Source: Nemertoderma westbladi | Lineage: Eukaryota > Animalia > Xenacoelomorpha | Direction: 5' to 3' | DNA: 64,000 nucleotides | Assembly: GCA_032718475.1 (NCBI GenBank) | Contig: JAUCBJ010009092.1 | Location: forward strand, 1 to 64,000 | Shown here: positions 24,616-36,502 of the stretch, in pieces | Position numbering within the stretch: position 1 is the stretch's first letter | How the letters are laid out: every line of letters begins with the position of its first letter | Position numbers and translations under genes: made by a program | The notes under the pieces: model-generated | The model's input: the letters and a program-made list of their open reading frames with translations, nothing else | Databases searched by the model: none | What the model was told of the DNA's origin: nothing

Positions 24616-27600
24616 TTATTACAGGAATAGCCACTGTTCTAACAATTGTTACAGGAATAACCATAGTTCTAACAATTGTTACAGGAATAGCCACTGTTCT
24701 GATAATTGTAACAGGAATAACCACTGTTCTAAAAATTGTTACAGGAATAGCCACTGTTCTAACAATTGTTACAGGAATAACCACTGTTCTAACAATTGTT
24801 ACAGGAAGAGCCATAGTTACAGGAATAACCACTGTTCTGACAATTGTAACAGGAATAACCACAGTGCAAACAATTATTACTCCACTGTATTACTACACTG
24901 TTCTAACAATTGTTACAGGAATGGCCACTGTTCTAACAATTGTTACAGGAATAACCACTGTTCTAACAAATGTTACAGGAGTAACCACTGTTCTAACAAC
25001 TGATACAGAAATACCCATAGTTCTAACAATTGTTAGAGGAATAACTACTGTTCTAACAATTGTTACAGGAATAGCCATAGTTACAGGAATAACCACTGTT
25101 CTGACAATTGTAACAGGAATAACCACAGTGCAAACAATTATTACAGGAATAACCACTGTTCTAACAATTATTACAGGGATAACCACTGTTCTAACAATTG
25201 TAACATGAATAACCACAATGCAAACAATTATTACATGAATACCCACTGTTCTAACAATTATTACAGGGATAACCACTGTTCTAACAATTGTTACAGGAAT
25301 AGCCACAGTGCAAACCATTATTACAGGAATAACCACTGTTCTAACAATTGTTACAGGAATAGCCATAGTAACAAGAATAACCACAGTGCAAATAATTATT
25401 ACATGAATACCCACTGTTCTAACAATTATTACAGGGATAACCACTGTTCTAACAATTGTAACATGAATAACCACAATGCAAACAATTATTACATGAATAC
25501 CCACTGTTCTAACAATTATTACAGGGATAACCACTGTTCTAACAATTGTAACATGAATAACCACAATGCAAACAATTATTACATGAATACCCACTGTTCT
25601 AACAATTATTACAGGGATAACCACTGTTCTAACAATTGTTACAGGAATAACCATAGTTCTAACAATTGTTACAGGATTAACCACTGTTCTAACAATTGTT
25701 ACAGGAATAGCCACTGTTCTTACAATTGTTACAGGAATAACCACTGTTCTAACAGTTGTTACAGGAATAGCCACTGTTCTTACATTTGTTACAGGAATAA
25801 CCACTGTTCTAACAATTGTTACAGGAATAGCCATAGTTACAGGAATAACCACTGTTCTGACAATTGTTACATGAATAGCCACAGTGCAATCAATTATTAC
25901 AGGAATAACCACTGTTCTAACAATTGTTACAGGAATAGCCATAGTTACAGGAATAACCACAGTGCAAACAAATGTTACAGGAATAACCACAGTGTAAACA
26001 ATTGTTACAGGAATAACCACTGTTCTAACAATTGTTACAGGAATAATCACTGTTCTAACAATTATTACAGGAATAACCACAGTGCAAACAATTGTTACAG
26101 GAATAACCACTGTTCTAACAAATGTTACAGGAGTAGCCATAGTTACAGGAATAACCACTGTTCTGACAATTGTTACAGGAATAGCCACAGTGCAAACCAT
26201 TATTACAGGAATAACCACTGTTCTAACAATTGTTACAGGAATAGCCATAGTAACAAGAATAACCACAGTGCAAATAATTATTACATGAATACCCACTGTT
26301 CTAACAATTATTACAGGGATAACCACTGTTCTAACAATTGTAACATGAATAACCACAATGCAAACAATTATTACATGAATACCCACTGTTCTAACAATTA
26401 TTACAGGGATAACCACTGTTCTAACAATTGTAACATGAATAACCACAATGCAAACAATTATTACATGAATACCCACTGTTCTAACAATTATTACAGGGAT
26501 AACCACTGTTCTAACAATTGTTACAGGAATAACCATAGTTCTAACAATTGTTACAGGATTAACCACTGTTCTAACAATTGTTACAGGAATAGCCACTGTT
26601 CTTCCAATTGTTACAGGAATAACCACTGTTCTAACAGTTGTTACAGGAATAGCCGCTGTTCTTACATTTGTTACAGGAATAACCACTGTTCTAACAATTG
26701 TTACAGGAATAGCCATAGTTACAGGAATAACCACTGTTCTGACAATTGTTACAGGAATAGCCACAGTGCAATCAATTATTACAGGAATAACCACTGTTCT
26801 AACAATTGTTACAGGAATAGCCATAGTTACAGGAATAACCACAGTGCAAACAAATGTTACAGGAATAACCACAGTGTAAACAATTGTTACAGGAATAACC
26901 ACTGTTCTAACAATTATTACAGGAATAATCACTGTTCTAACAATTATTACAGGAATAACCACAGTGCAAACAATTGTTACAGGAATAACCACTGTTCTAA
27001 CAAATGTTACAGGAGTAGCTATAGTTACATGAATAACCACAGTGCAAACAATTGTTACAGGAATAACCACAGTGTAAACAATTGTTACAGGAATAGCCAT
27101 AGTTCCAGGAATAACCACTGTTCTAACAATTGTTAGAGGAATAACCACTGTTCTAACAATTGTTACAGGTATAGCCATAGTTACAGGAATAACCACAGTG
27201 CAAACAGATGTTACAGGAATAACCACAGTGTAAACAATTGTTACAGGAATAATCACTGTTCTAACAATTATTACAGGAATAACCACAGTGCAAACAATTG
27301 TTACAGGAATAACCACTGTTCTAACAAATGTTACAGGAGTAACCACTGTTCTAACAACTGATACAGAAATACCCATAGTTCTAACAATTGTTACAGGAAT
27401 AACCACAGTGCAAACAATTGTTACAGGAATAGCAATAGTTCCAGGAATAACCACTGTTCTAACAATTGTTACAGGAATAACCGCGTGCAAACAATTGTTA
27501 CAGGAATAACCACTGTCGCTGAGCAAACAATTGTTACAGGAATAACCATAGTTTTAACAATTGTTACAGGAATAACCACTGTTCTAACAATTGTTACAGG

Positions 27601-28750
27601 AATAGCCATAGTTACATGAATAAACACAGTGCAAACAATTGTTACAGGAATAACCACAGTGCAAACAATTGTTACAGGAATATCCATAGTTTCAGGAATA
27701 ACCATAGTTCTATCAAGTGTTACAGGAATAGCCATAGTTACAGCGTTACAGGAATAACCACAGTGCAAACAATTGTTACAGGAATAACCACAGTGCAAAC
27801 AATTGTTACAGGAATAACCACAGTGCAAACAATTATTACAGGAATAACCACTGTTCTAACAATTGTTACAGGAAGAGCCATAGTTACAGGAATAACCACT
27901 GTTCTAACAATTGTTACAGGAAGAGAGAGCCATAGTTACAGGAATAAACACTGTTCCAACAATTGTTACAAGAATAACCACTGTTCTAACAATTATTACG
28001 GGAATAACCACTGTGCTACTGCTAACAATTGTTACAGGAATAACCATAGTTCTAACAATTTTTACAGTCACAACCACTGTTTTAACAATTGTTACAGGAA
28101 TAACCATAGTAATAACAATTATTACATTAATAACCACTGTTCTAACAATTGCTACAGGAATAGCGACAGTTCTAACAAAAGTTACAGGAATAACCACTCT
28201 GCTAACCATTGTTACAGGAATAACCATAGTTCTAACCATTGTTACAAGAATAACCATAGTTCTAACCATTGTTACAGGAATAACCATAGTTCTAACAATT
28301 GTTAAAGGAAAAACCGTAGTTCTAACCATTGTTACAGTAATAACCATAGTTCTAACCATTGTTACAAGAATAACCATAGTTCTAACCATTGTTACAGGAA
28401 TAACCACTGTTCTAACAATTGTTAAAGGAATAACCGTAGTTCTAACCATTGTTACAGGAATAACTATAGTTCTAACTATTGTTACAGGAATAACCATAGT
28501 TCTAACCATTGTTACAGGAATAACCATAGTTCTAACCATTGTTAAAGGAATAACCATAGTTCTAACCATTTTTAAAGGAATAACCGTAGTTACAGGAATA
28601 ACCATAGTTCTAACTATTGTTACAGGAATAACCACTGTGCTAACTCTTGTTACAGGAATAACCATAGTTACAGGAATAACCATAGCTCTAACTATTGTAC
28701 AGGAATAACCATAGTTACAGGAATAACTATAGTCCTAACTCTTGTTACAG
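24616..28750 (+). repeat. 30-bp minisatellite (with 18-bp variants) made of the splice acceptor plus the first codons of the M2 exon, roughly 140-150 units
   Basis: The unit TTACAG|GAATAACCACTGTTCTAACAATTG encodes (T)GITTVLTIV. The array runs seamlessly into the real exon at 28751. Confidence 0.96.
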
Positions 28751-28950
28751 GAATAACCACTGTGCTAACCATTGTTACGCTAATCTCTGGAACGAGTGGT
28801 TCTCTACCTCGTATCTCCTACATTAAAGCCATCGAGATCTACTTGTTTGTATGCCTCATATACGTGTTTGGGGCTTTGTTGGAGTTTGCCATTGTGTGTT
28901 ACTACAGTAAACCTCGATACCAAAGATATTTTGAAGAAAAAAGACGAACT
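28751..28950 (+). CDS. Cys-loop receptor exon: M2, M2-M3 loop and M3
   Basis: cttgttacag|GA...ACT|gtaagt, 200 nt, phase 1-0. Encodes (G)ITTVLTIVTLISGTSGSLPRISYIKAIEIYLFVCLIYVFGALLEFAIVCYYSKPRYQRYFEEKRRT. Confidence 0.95.
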
Positions 28951-29683
28951 GTAAGTAAAGGATGTTAATATATGTTTTAATATAATACATTGAAACGATA
29001 ATAAACAGAGTCCTCTTTATTTACATACACAGATAGTGTTTAATTTATATATTATATATAATGTATATACACCATAACCATAAGCCCCCCCCCCCCCCCC
29101 CTACAATTTTTAATTGGACATTAAATAAATTACTTATGATCAAATATTTAATTTCAGGAATCATACTCTTATTACCTTTTAAGGCCCCAGTAGCGCTACT
29201 TCAATAATTTTTTGCAAAAAAAATTTTTTAATTTCATCTAGAGCAGATTTTTATCAAGATTCTAAATTTGAAAACCGTTTAGCAAGATCTGTCCTACTTC
29301 TCGAGATATTGCTGTCTGTCCGTTTTACTGTTGGTTTGTCCGTCAGTATGTCTGCCTTTCAATGAAAAACATATTTTCTGTCTAAAAAATTCCCTGTATG
29401 GGTTTTCGTGGTCGGTGACTTCATTTCTGATGCCATTAATCAAATCTCGTCGGTTCTGTCTGTATGCCTGTCAGTCTGTCTGTCAAAATCCGACTCTATT
29501 CAATGCACCTCGTCAGGCCGGTAGCTAGAAGTTTAAAAGGGCGGTTCGTTCGATCCAACGAACCCCCCCCTTGTCTACGGGTATGCTCGTTATTCCTTTT
29601 TTTCGATCACCAACTCTATTTCAATATAACCTAATACAGTGCCCAATACACGGAATGTTTAGTTTATATTTGTTTTTACGCAG

Positions 29684-29746
29684 AAAAAAAAGAAAAGAAC
29701 AATGACCGGTAACCCGTATGATGATGATAATTCAGATTGCCCAGCG
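29684..29746 (+). CDS. Cys-loop receptor exon: intracellular M3-M4 loop (small symmetric exon)
   Basis: tgtttttacgcag|AAA...GCG|gtgagt, 63 nt, phase 0-0. Encodes KKKKRTMTGNPYDDDNSDCPA. Supported by splice sites and frame only. Confidence 0.72.
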
Positions 29747-29889
29747 GTGAGTGATGAGATAACACATATATTATGTAATCGTATATTGAGATACGCTTGA
29801 TAAAATTATTAAGTAATTATTAAGTAATCTAGTAATTAAATAATTGAGAATTCAGATGATATATAACTCCGGTAATTAAGACCTGGCAC

Positions 29890-30340
29890 ATCATGACCAA
29901 GTTCTTTCGAGCCACAGTGGAAAGTATACTTTCATACGAGGGTGAGACCTGGACACTGACTAAATCACTTGAACAACGAATTGATGGTTGCTACACAAGA
30001 CTACTAAGGGCAGCCCTAAACATCAGCTGGAGACAACACATGACAAACGCCGAGCTTTGTGGTACAATACCACCTGTATCAACCACCCTACGTGAACGCA
30101 GATTAAGATTCAGCGGGCACTGCTGGCGAAGTAAAGACGAGGTCATACCAGATCTACTTCTCTGGCAACCAACTCATGGAAAGCGTAGTCGTGGAGGACC
30201 GGCCATAACATATATAGATCAACTTGAAAGGGATACTGAACTTGGGAGAAACGAAATTGCAACAACTATGGAGAATCGGGAAGCCTGGAAGGATCTCATT
30301 TTTACTGTCCGAGCTAGCACGACCTAGTAGTATATAGTAG
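29890..30340 (+). mobile_element. RTE LINE 3' fragment (third subfamily) in an intron
   Basis: Reads FRATVESILSY..ETWTLT...DGCYTRLLR...RRLRFSGHCWR and has a tagtag tail. Confidence 0.85.
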
Positions 30341-30514
30341 AATTTATGTTTCATGCATTATTGAATACACACATCTCATTGCGCTTTGTTCTGTTTCTTG
30401 TTTTTTATATGCTTTCACAATAGCACACATTTAAGAGTAACGGTAATATAAACAATTTATTTACGCGTCGCACCTATAGCACCATAATGTCAAAGGGGCT
30501 TCCATGTTGGGGGA

Positions 30515-32540
30515 TTATGGCCCCCCATAAGTGCAGTTAAAGCTTCGGCGGTCTTCTCGCTTATGGCCCCCCATAAGTGCAGTTAAAGCCTGGGCGGTCT
30601 TCTCGCTTATGGCCCCCCATAAGTGCAGTTAAAGCCTGGGCGGTCTTCTCGCTTATGGCCCCCCATAAGTGCAGTTAAAGCCTGGGCGGTCTTCTCGCTT
30701 ATGGCCCCCCATAAGTGCAGTTAAAGCCTCGGCGGTCTTCTCGCTTATGGCCCCCCATAAGTGCAGTTAAAGCCTGGGCGGTCTTCTCGCTTATGCCCCC
30801 CCCCCCCCCCTCCCCCCCATAAGTGCAGTTAAAGCCTCGGCGGTCTTCTCGCTTATGGCCCCCCATAAGTGCAGTTAAAGCCTCGGCGGTCTTCTCGCTT
30901 ATGGCCCCCCATAAGTGCAGTTAAAGCCTCGGCGGTCTTCTCGCTTATGGCCCCCCATAAGTGCAGTTAAAGCCTCGGCGGTCTTCTCGCTTATGGCCCC
31001 CCATAAGTGCAGTTAAAGCCTGGGCGGTCTTCTCGCTTATGCCCCCCCCCCCCCCCCTCCCCCCCATAAGTGCAGTTAAAGCCTCGGCGGTCTTCTCGCT
31101 TATGGCCCCCCATAAGTGCAGTTAAAGCCTCGGCGGTCTTCTCGCTTATGGCCCCCCATAAGTGCAGTTAAAGCCTCGGCGGTCTTCTCGCTTATGGCCC
31201 CCCATAAGTGCAGTTAAAGCCACGGCGGTCTTCTCGCTTATGGCCCCCCATAAGTGCAGTTAAAGCCTGGGCGGTCTTCTCGCTTATGGCCCCCCATAAG
31301 TGCAGTTAAAGCCTCGTCGGTCTTCTCGCTTATGGCCCCCCATAAGTGCAGTTAAAGCCTGGGCGGTCTTCTCGCTTATGCCCCCCCCCCATAAGTGCAG
31401 TTAAAGCCTCGGCGGTCTTCTCGCTTATGGTCCCCCATAAGTGCAGTTAAAGCCTCGGCGGTCTTCTCGCTTATGGCCCCCCATAAGTGCAGTTAAAGCC
31501 TGGGCGGTCTTCTCGCTTATGGCCCCCCATAAGTGCAGTTAAAGCCTCGGCGGTCTTCTCGCTTATGGCCCCCCATAAGTGCAGTTAAAGCCTGGGCGGT
31601 CTTCTCGCTTATGGCCCCCCATAAGTGCAGTTAAAGCCTGGGCGGTCTTCTCGCTTATGGCCCCCCATAAGTGCAGTTAAAGTCTCGTCGGTCTTCTCGC
31701 TTATGGCCCCCCATAAGTGCAGTTAAAGCCTCGGCGGTCTTCTCGCTTATGGCCCCCAATAAGTGCAGTTAAAGCCTGGGCGGTCTTCTCGCTTATGGCC
31801 CCCCATAAGTGCAGTTAAAGCCTCGGCGGTCTTCTCGTTTATGGCCCCCCATAAGTGCAGTTAAAGCCTGGGCGGTCTTCTCGCTTATGGCCCCCCATAA
31901 GTGCAGTTAAAGCCTCGGCGGTCTTCTCGCTTATGGCCCCCCATAAGTGCAGTTAAAGCCTCGGCGGTCTTCTCGCTTATGGCCCCCCATAAGTGCAGTT
32001 AAAGTCTCGTCGGTCTTCTCGCTTATGGCCCCCCATAAGTGCAGTTAAAGCCTCGGCGGTCTTCTCGCTTATGGCCCCCCATAAGTGCAGTTAAAGCCTC
32101 GGCGGTCTTCTCGCTTATGGCCCCCCATAAGTGCAGTTAAAGCCTCGGCGGTCTTCTCGCTTATGGCCCCCCATAAGTGCAGTTAAAGTCTCGTCGGTCT
32201 TCTCGCTTATGGCCCCCCATAAGTGCAGTTAAAGCCTCGGCGGTCTTCTCGTTTATGGCCCCCCATAAGTGCAGTTAAAGCCTGGGCGGTCTTCTCGCTT
32301 ATGGCCCCCCATAAGTGCAGTTAAAGTCTCGTCGGTCTTCTCGCTTATGGCCCCCCATAAGTGCAGTTAAAGCCTCGGCGGTCTTCTCGCTTATGGCCCC
32401 CAATAAGTGCAGTTAAAGCCTGGGCGGTCTTCTTGCTTATGGCCCCCCATAAGTGCAGTTAAAGCCTCGGCGGTCTTCTCGCTTATGCCCCCCCCCCCCC
32501 CCCCCCATAAGTGCAGTTAAAGCCTGGGCAGTCTTCTCTC
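30515..32540. repeat. 46-bp minisatellite TTATGGCCCCCCATAAGTGCAGTTAAAGCCTCGGCGGTCTTCTCGC, ~44 copies, intronic
   Basis: Directly visible. Contains a CTTATGG/CCATAAG hairpin, and some units have expanded poly-C. Confidence 0.96.
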
Positions 32541-32912
32541 CTTTTATAATTAACTTCTAATTTAGTGCATGCATAATTTATTATGTTCATCGCATAAATG
32601 TTTATTTTACCATGGTTTGAGTGGTAATAATAATAATAATAATAGGCCATCACAAGCAATCAGCTACAATAATGCCAGGGCGCCCCCTAGATGCCACTGG
32701 CTAATGTGTGCGAAAATATTTGGAAAACTTTTGATTACTGGGATTCAAATATATACCGATCACTGATGTATGGCTAACAGTTTTTGAATCGTCCTCCCAC
32801 ATACAGTTCAGCTCTCTATTGTAGTAAGAACGTTTCGCATTGAATTTATTAAAGTACTCGATTTCACGACTGGAAGCAAATAGTCTATCTATATGTCTAT
32901 GAATATTTGCAG

Positions 32913-33287
32913 AGTAACACAGGATTACTGGGTCAGCACCTGTACCCGTACCCACAGTATCCAATGCAGTCCAACCTCCAGCAGAGGTCGTCTGCCGCCT
33001 CTCGCATGGCAACCCACGACAGCGAGGTGTTCCAGCGACCAATCACAATCGTGGACAGGAGTCCGCAACACCAAACTTTTGTCGCGCGTCTCAATACATC
33101 GAGAACTTCCACACGTAACCGAGGCAATAAACACAATAAATGTTCATTTATAATATCAGAACCGAGTAGAGTAGACGTTATATCAAGAATTGTTTTTCCT
33201 TTAACATTTATTCTATTTAATATCGGTTATTGGATTGGCTACGTTAAGAATGCTGGTGCAGTTTTGAGCGAAATGTTAGACGCCTAA
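32913..33287 (+). CDS. Cys-loop receptor terminal exon (loop, M4, stop)
   Basis: tatttgcag|AGT, phase 0. Ends EPSRVDVISRIVFPLTFILFNIGYWIGYV...*, the classic D..SR..FP..F..FN..YW M4 motif. Confidence 0.93.
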   Translation, partial: SNTGLLGQHLYPYPQYPMQSNLQQRSSAASRMATHDSEVFQRPITIVDRSPQHQTFVARLNTSRTSTRNRGNKHNKCSFIISEPSRVDVISRIVFPLTFILFNIGYWIGYVKNAGAVLSEMLDA

Positions 33288-33479
33288 TCAGACTTACCGT
33301 CTACTACGTTCTCACCTCTTAGCTGTAACCTTTTTCCTGGTTTATATATCATGGGTTTTGTTATTTAAACAAACTTGAATTATTTTATTGTAAGATATTC
33401 TTTTTCCTAGTTATTTTGTCCTCTCTCGGTCACTCTCACTCGTAACCCAGTCTCACGCAGTTTTAAGGTTGTTTATCCT

Positions 33480-33485
33480 AATAAA
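33480..33485 (+). terminator. Candidate polyadenylation signal of the Cys-loop receptor gene
   Basis: First AATAAA after the stop, ~190 nt downstream. Confidence 0.45.
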
Positions 33486-34091
33486 ATTTCCATGCAACTC
33501 AACGATTATATTAATAACTTATTTGTATTTACGATTTTGTATTTCGATGTGGTCTTGGCTGCTTGCCCATGTATTATTGGGTGGTGGTGCTGTTATCAAT
33601 TTTTTATTTTGACCTTATTGTAACTGTGTACCTGAAACTAAAAGAAGTGCTTATTACTTTCTACGGCCTTATATTTATCCAACATAATTGCATTAATTTA
33701 ATTTCACAAACTTCCGAATGCTATGGCTACCAATAGGAATTTCTAATATTTGCCGATAAAGGAGGAAAATAAAACCTCACCTCACTTCATCTTCCCTTTC
33801 ATTTATTCCACAATTTTATATTTTGTAGAAAATCGATTCGGTAAAGACAATGAGTAGGGGATTAATGCACGTAAATCGATTGCAAATATAAGCAGTGCAA
33901 ATCTCATCAGCAGTCCAGGTCCACAGCACACAGCACACAGCACAGCACAGCACTCCAGGTCCCTCATTAGATTGATGTAGAAAATTGATACCATTTCGAA
34001 ATCCCAAGCAAAATTCAACCTAACTGCTTTATTCTTATTATCTATGAACAGATTGAGATGTGCATTATGGTATCAATATAGATTGGTGTTT

Positions 34092-34431
34092 CATACTTTG
34101 GTCAGTAATCCATCCTCCCATACTTTGGTCAGTAATCCATCCTTCCATACTTTGGTCAGTAATCCATCCTCCCATACTTTGGTCAGTAATCCATCCTCCC
34201 ATACTTTGGTCAGTAATCCATCCTCCCATACTTTGGTCAGTAATCCATCCTCCCTTACTTTGGTCAGTAATCCATCCTCCCATACTTTGGTCAGTAATCC
34301 ATCCTCCCATACTTTGGTCAGTAATCCATCCTCCCATACTTTGGTCAGTAATCCATCCTCCCATACTTTGGTCAGTAATCCATCCTCCCATACTTTGGTC
34401 AGTAATCCATCCTCCCATACTTTGGTCAGTA
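34092..34431. repeat. 27-bp minisatellite CATACTTTGGTCAGTAATCCATCCTCC, ~12.5 copies
   Basis: Directly visible and contiguous with the adjacent decayed LINE. Confidence 0.95.
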
Positions 34432-34835
34432 AAGCCATGAGCTGCCAACCATTATAATTTAATTCCATGAAGCAGCCAAAACACAAGATCGTGCGCAGGC
34501 TGGTCCTCAGCCGAAAGCAATGTCCTGCGAAGCGGAAGCGGCTCTGTTCATGTGTCATGCTTGGGGGACTATTTAGTCTCCTCCCATGCTGAATAGAGTC
34601 TGGTTGGAGAGGTGTGCCTGCGCATTGTACTTTGCAAAGTAAACCCGGCGTAGCATTCTTATGTAGTTGCACCCAGAGACTTTCTGTTCTCAGCAGTTTG
34701 AGCCAGCCTGGACTCTGTAGGCACTGAATGTTACTGATTCTGCTGCAGCTTTAAATAAACGAACCTTAATTTTCCGATGTATTATATTTGAAGATGTTCA
34801 CCTGACTCCCGGATCCACGTTCCCAAGTAACATAA
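34432..34835 (-). mobile_element. Decayed RTE LINE fragment
   Basis: Minus strand reads YLGTWIR...EQSRFRFAGHCFR, collinear with the RT C-terminal region of the younger copies. Confidence 0.8.
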
Positions 34836-35677
34836 AACATTAATCTACTCGCTCATGCACATAATCGCTAGAGCTTATACCTTATATCGTTATCATTAGT
34901 TAGGAATATTAACTTTCCATATCCTTGACTAACCTCGTTCGTAATCAATCTTATGTTATATAGTTTTCCACGCACAAGTCAAGAATATGAGGTTTTCATT
35001 TTCCGGTCTAAATTTTCGAAATGATAAATGATCCACTTTCTTCGAGTCCCTTTTTGATCACCAAAACCCTTCGTCGCTTGTGTAGGGGGGGGGGGGGGGG
35101 GGGGGGGGGGGATTCTAGAGTTAAAGGTCACGCTCATGTTCCACCCAGACCAATCCAGCTATTGGTGAACTTGAGAAAGTCAATAGACTAGCCTAAGGAG
35201 TCAAGACTCGGGTCCCGAATCTGACAAGACGAAGTGTCAATCCTGGCATGTCTGTCTGCAGAGCTGACAAGGTAAACCTTGCCTTGTTAGTCTTACCTCA
35301 GTGCAGTGGGACTTCAAGAGAACTGGATACAGACTGATGAGGTTCTCATTAGGGACATGTGATGTGGTAATGGCGGTATTGGTCTAATGGAGTGGATCAG
35401 CATGCACTCTTAACTTTCCTGAGTAACTTTTTATTTACAGGAATGGTCTGCAGCAATAGTGCCAACTGAAATTCAGCCCAGCATCAGGATTTTATCTCTG
35501 GAATTGGATTGTTTTCTGCTGGAACCCAGTTCAAGGCGCGAACTGGAAAGCTATACCTCACCCATTTGTGATAGTGTAGTAACAAGTATCACCTTCACGA
35601 GGCCCTGACGCAGTAGATAACTGTGAGGGCTTTACTGCCTCCACCGAGGTAGTTAAAGAAACCGCTGCAGAAAAGTG

Positions 35678-35767
35678 GGAGCCATGGCGGCGTAATTTTG
35701 TCGATAATCCGCAATAGCATTCATAATGCAAGTTGCAATGCAGAATGCTGATTATAGATAGATAGAT
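35678..35767 (+). mobile_element. Short RTE 3'-end remnant
   Basis: tggcggcgtaattttgtcgataa...aatgcaagttgcaatgcag resembles 23774-23835, followed by (taga)n. Confidence 0.6.
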
Positions 35768-36502
35768 GATATATGTTTGAATAATGATGATTAATCGTTA
35801 AGTTTGAAGCGAGAAAAAAAATTGTGCGGTTCTATATATTATTATTGTAACCTACGTGATACTTTAGTAGCCCCCCCCCCCCCCCTCGCTCCTATTTGAA
35901 ATATAAAGACATTCAATTGTTGCCTGTTACACTGTAATTTTGGAATATATTAAATTAACTCAACTTCCCTGGAATATAAGAGTATAAGAAACACCAATCT
36001 CTTTATTGTGCTACACGGTTACATTATTGAACGCGATATTATTTTGGGCGTATTATCTCCATCAATGCCACGATTTACGACACCCTACCTTGTATATTAT
36101 AAATTTTACCTTTAACATACTGAGCTAGGCCCATAAAACTCAAGGCATTTACAATATTATATATCACTTATGAATAATGTAATGATTACTACAGTAGTTC
36201 TGTAATCAATTTATTATAATATCTTTAGTTACTGTGCGTGAGTGTAACTAACTACCTCATTAAATAATTGACGGAATATATCAGCAGAAGGAACGGGGTC
36301 GAACATGATCGGACGTTCGCTTAATCTAAGACAATAAAAGCTGGATTTAATACGACGGAATACCATAAATATGTTAGATGATAATGAGAACGGACTGCTT
36401 TCTCTATAGAAATGCGCACACACTGGAGTTATCGTCTAAAACTCACGTTTCTACAAAAAATAATCTTCCGATAGGCTACAAAATATTGACGTTGTTCTTC
36501 AA

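Noticed and set aside
24893-28683. Val/Ile/Thr-rich minus-strand ORFs and Asn/Cys/His-rich plus-strand ORFs
   Set aside because: These are alternative frames of the M2 acceptor array. Only the GITTVLT frame has meaning.
35086-35111. Long poly-G/poly-C tracts (also near 5227, 14618, 29085, 35871)
   Set aside because: They are recurrent homopolymers, mostly in transposon remnants, and their lengths are unreliable in assemblies. No specific function can be supported.
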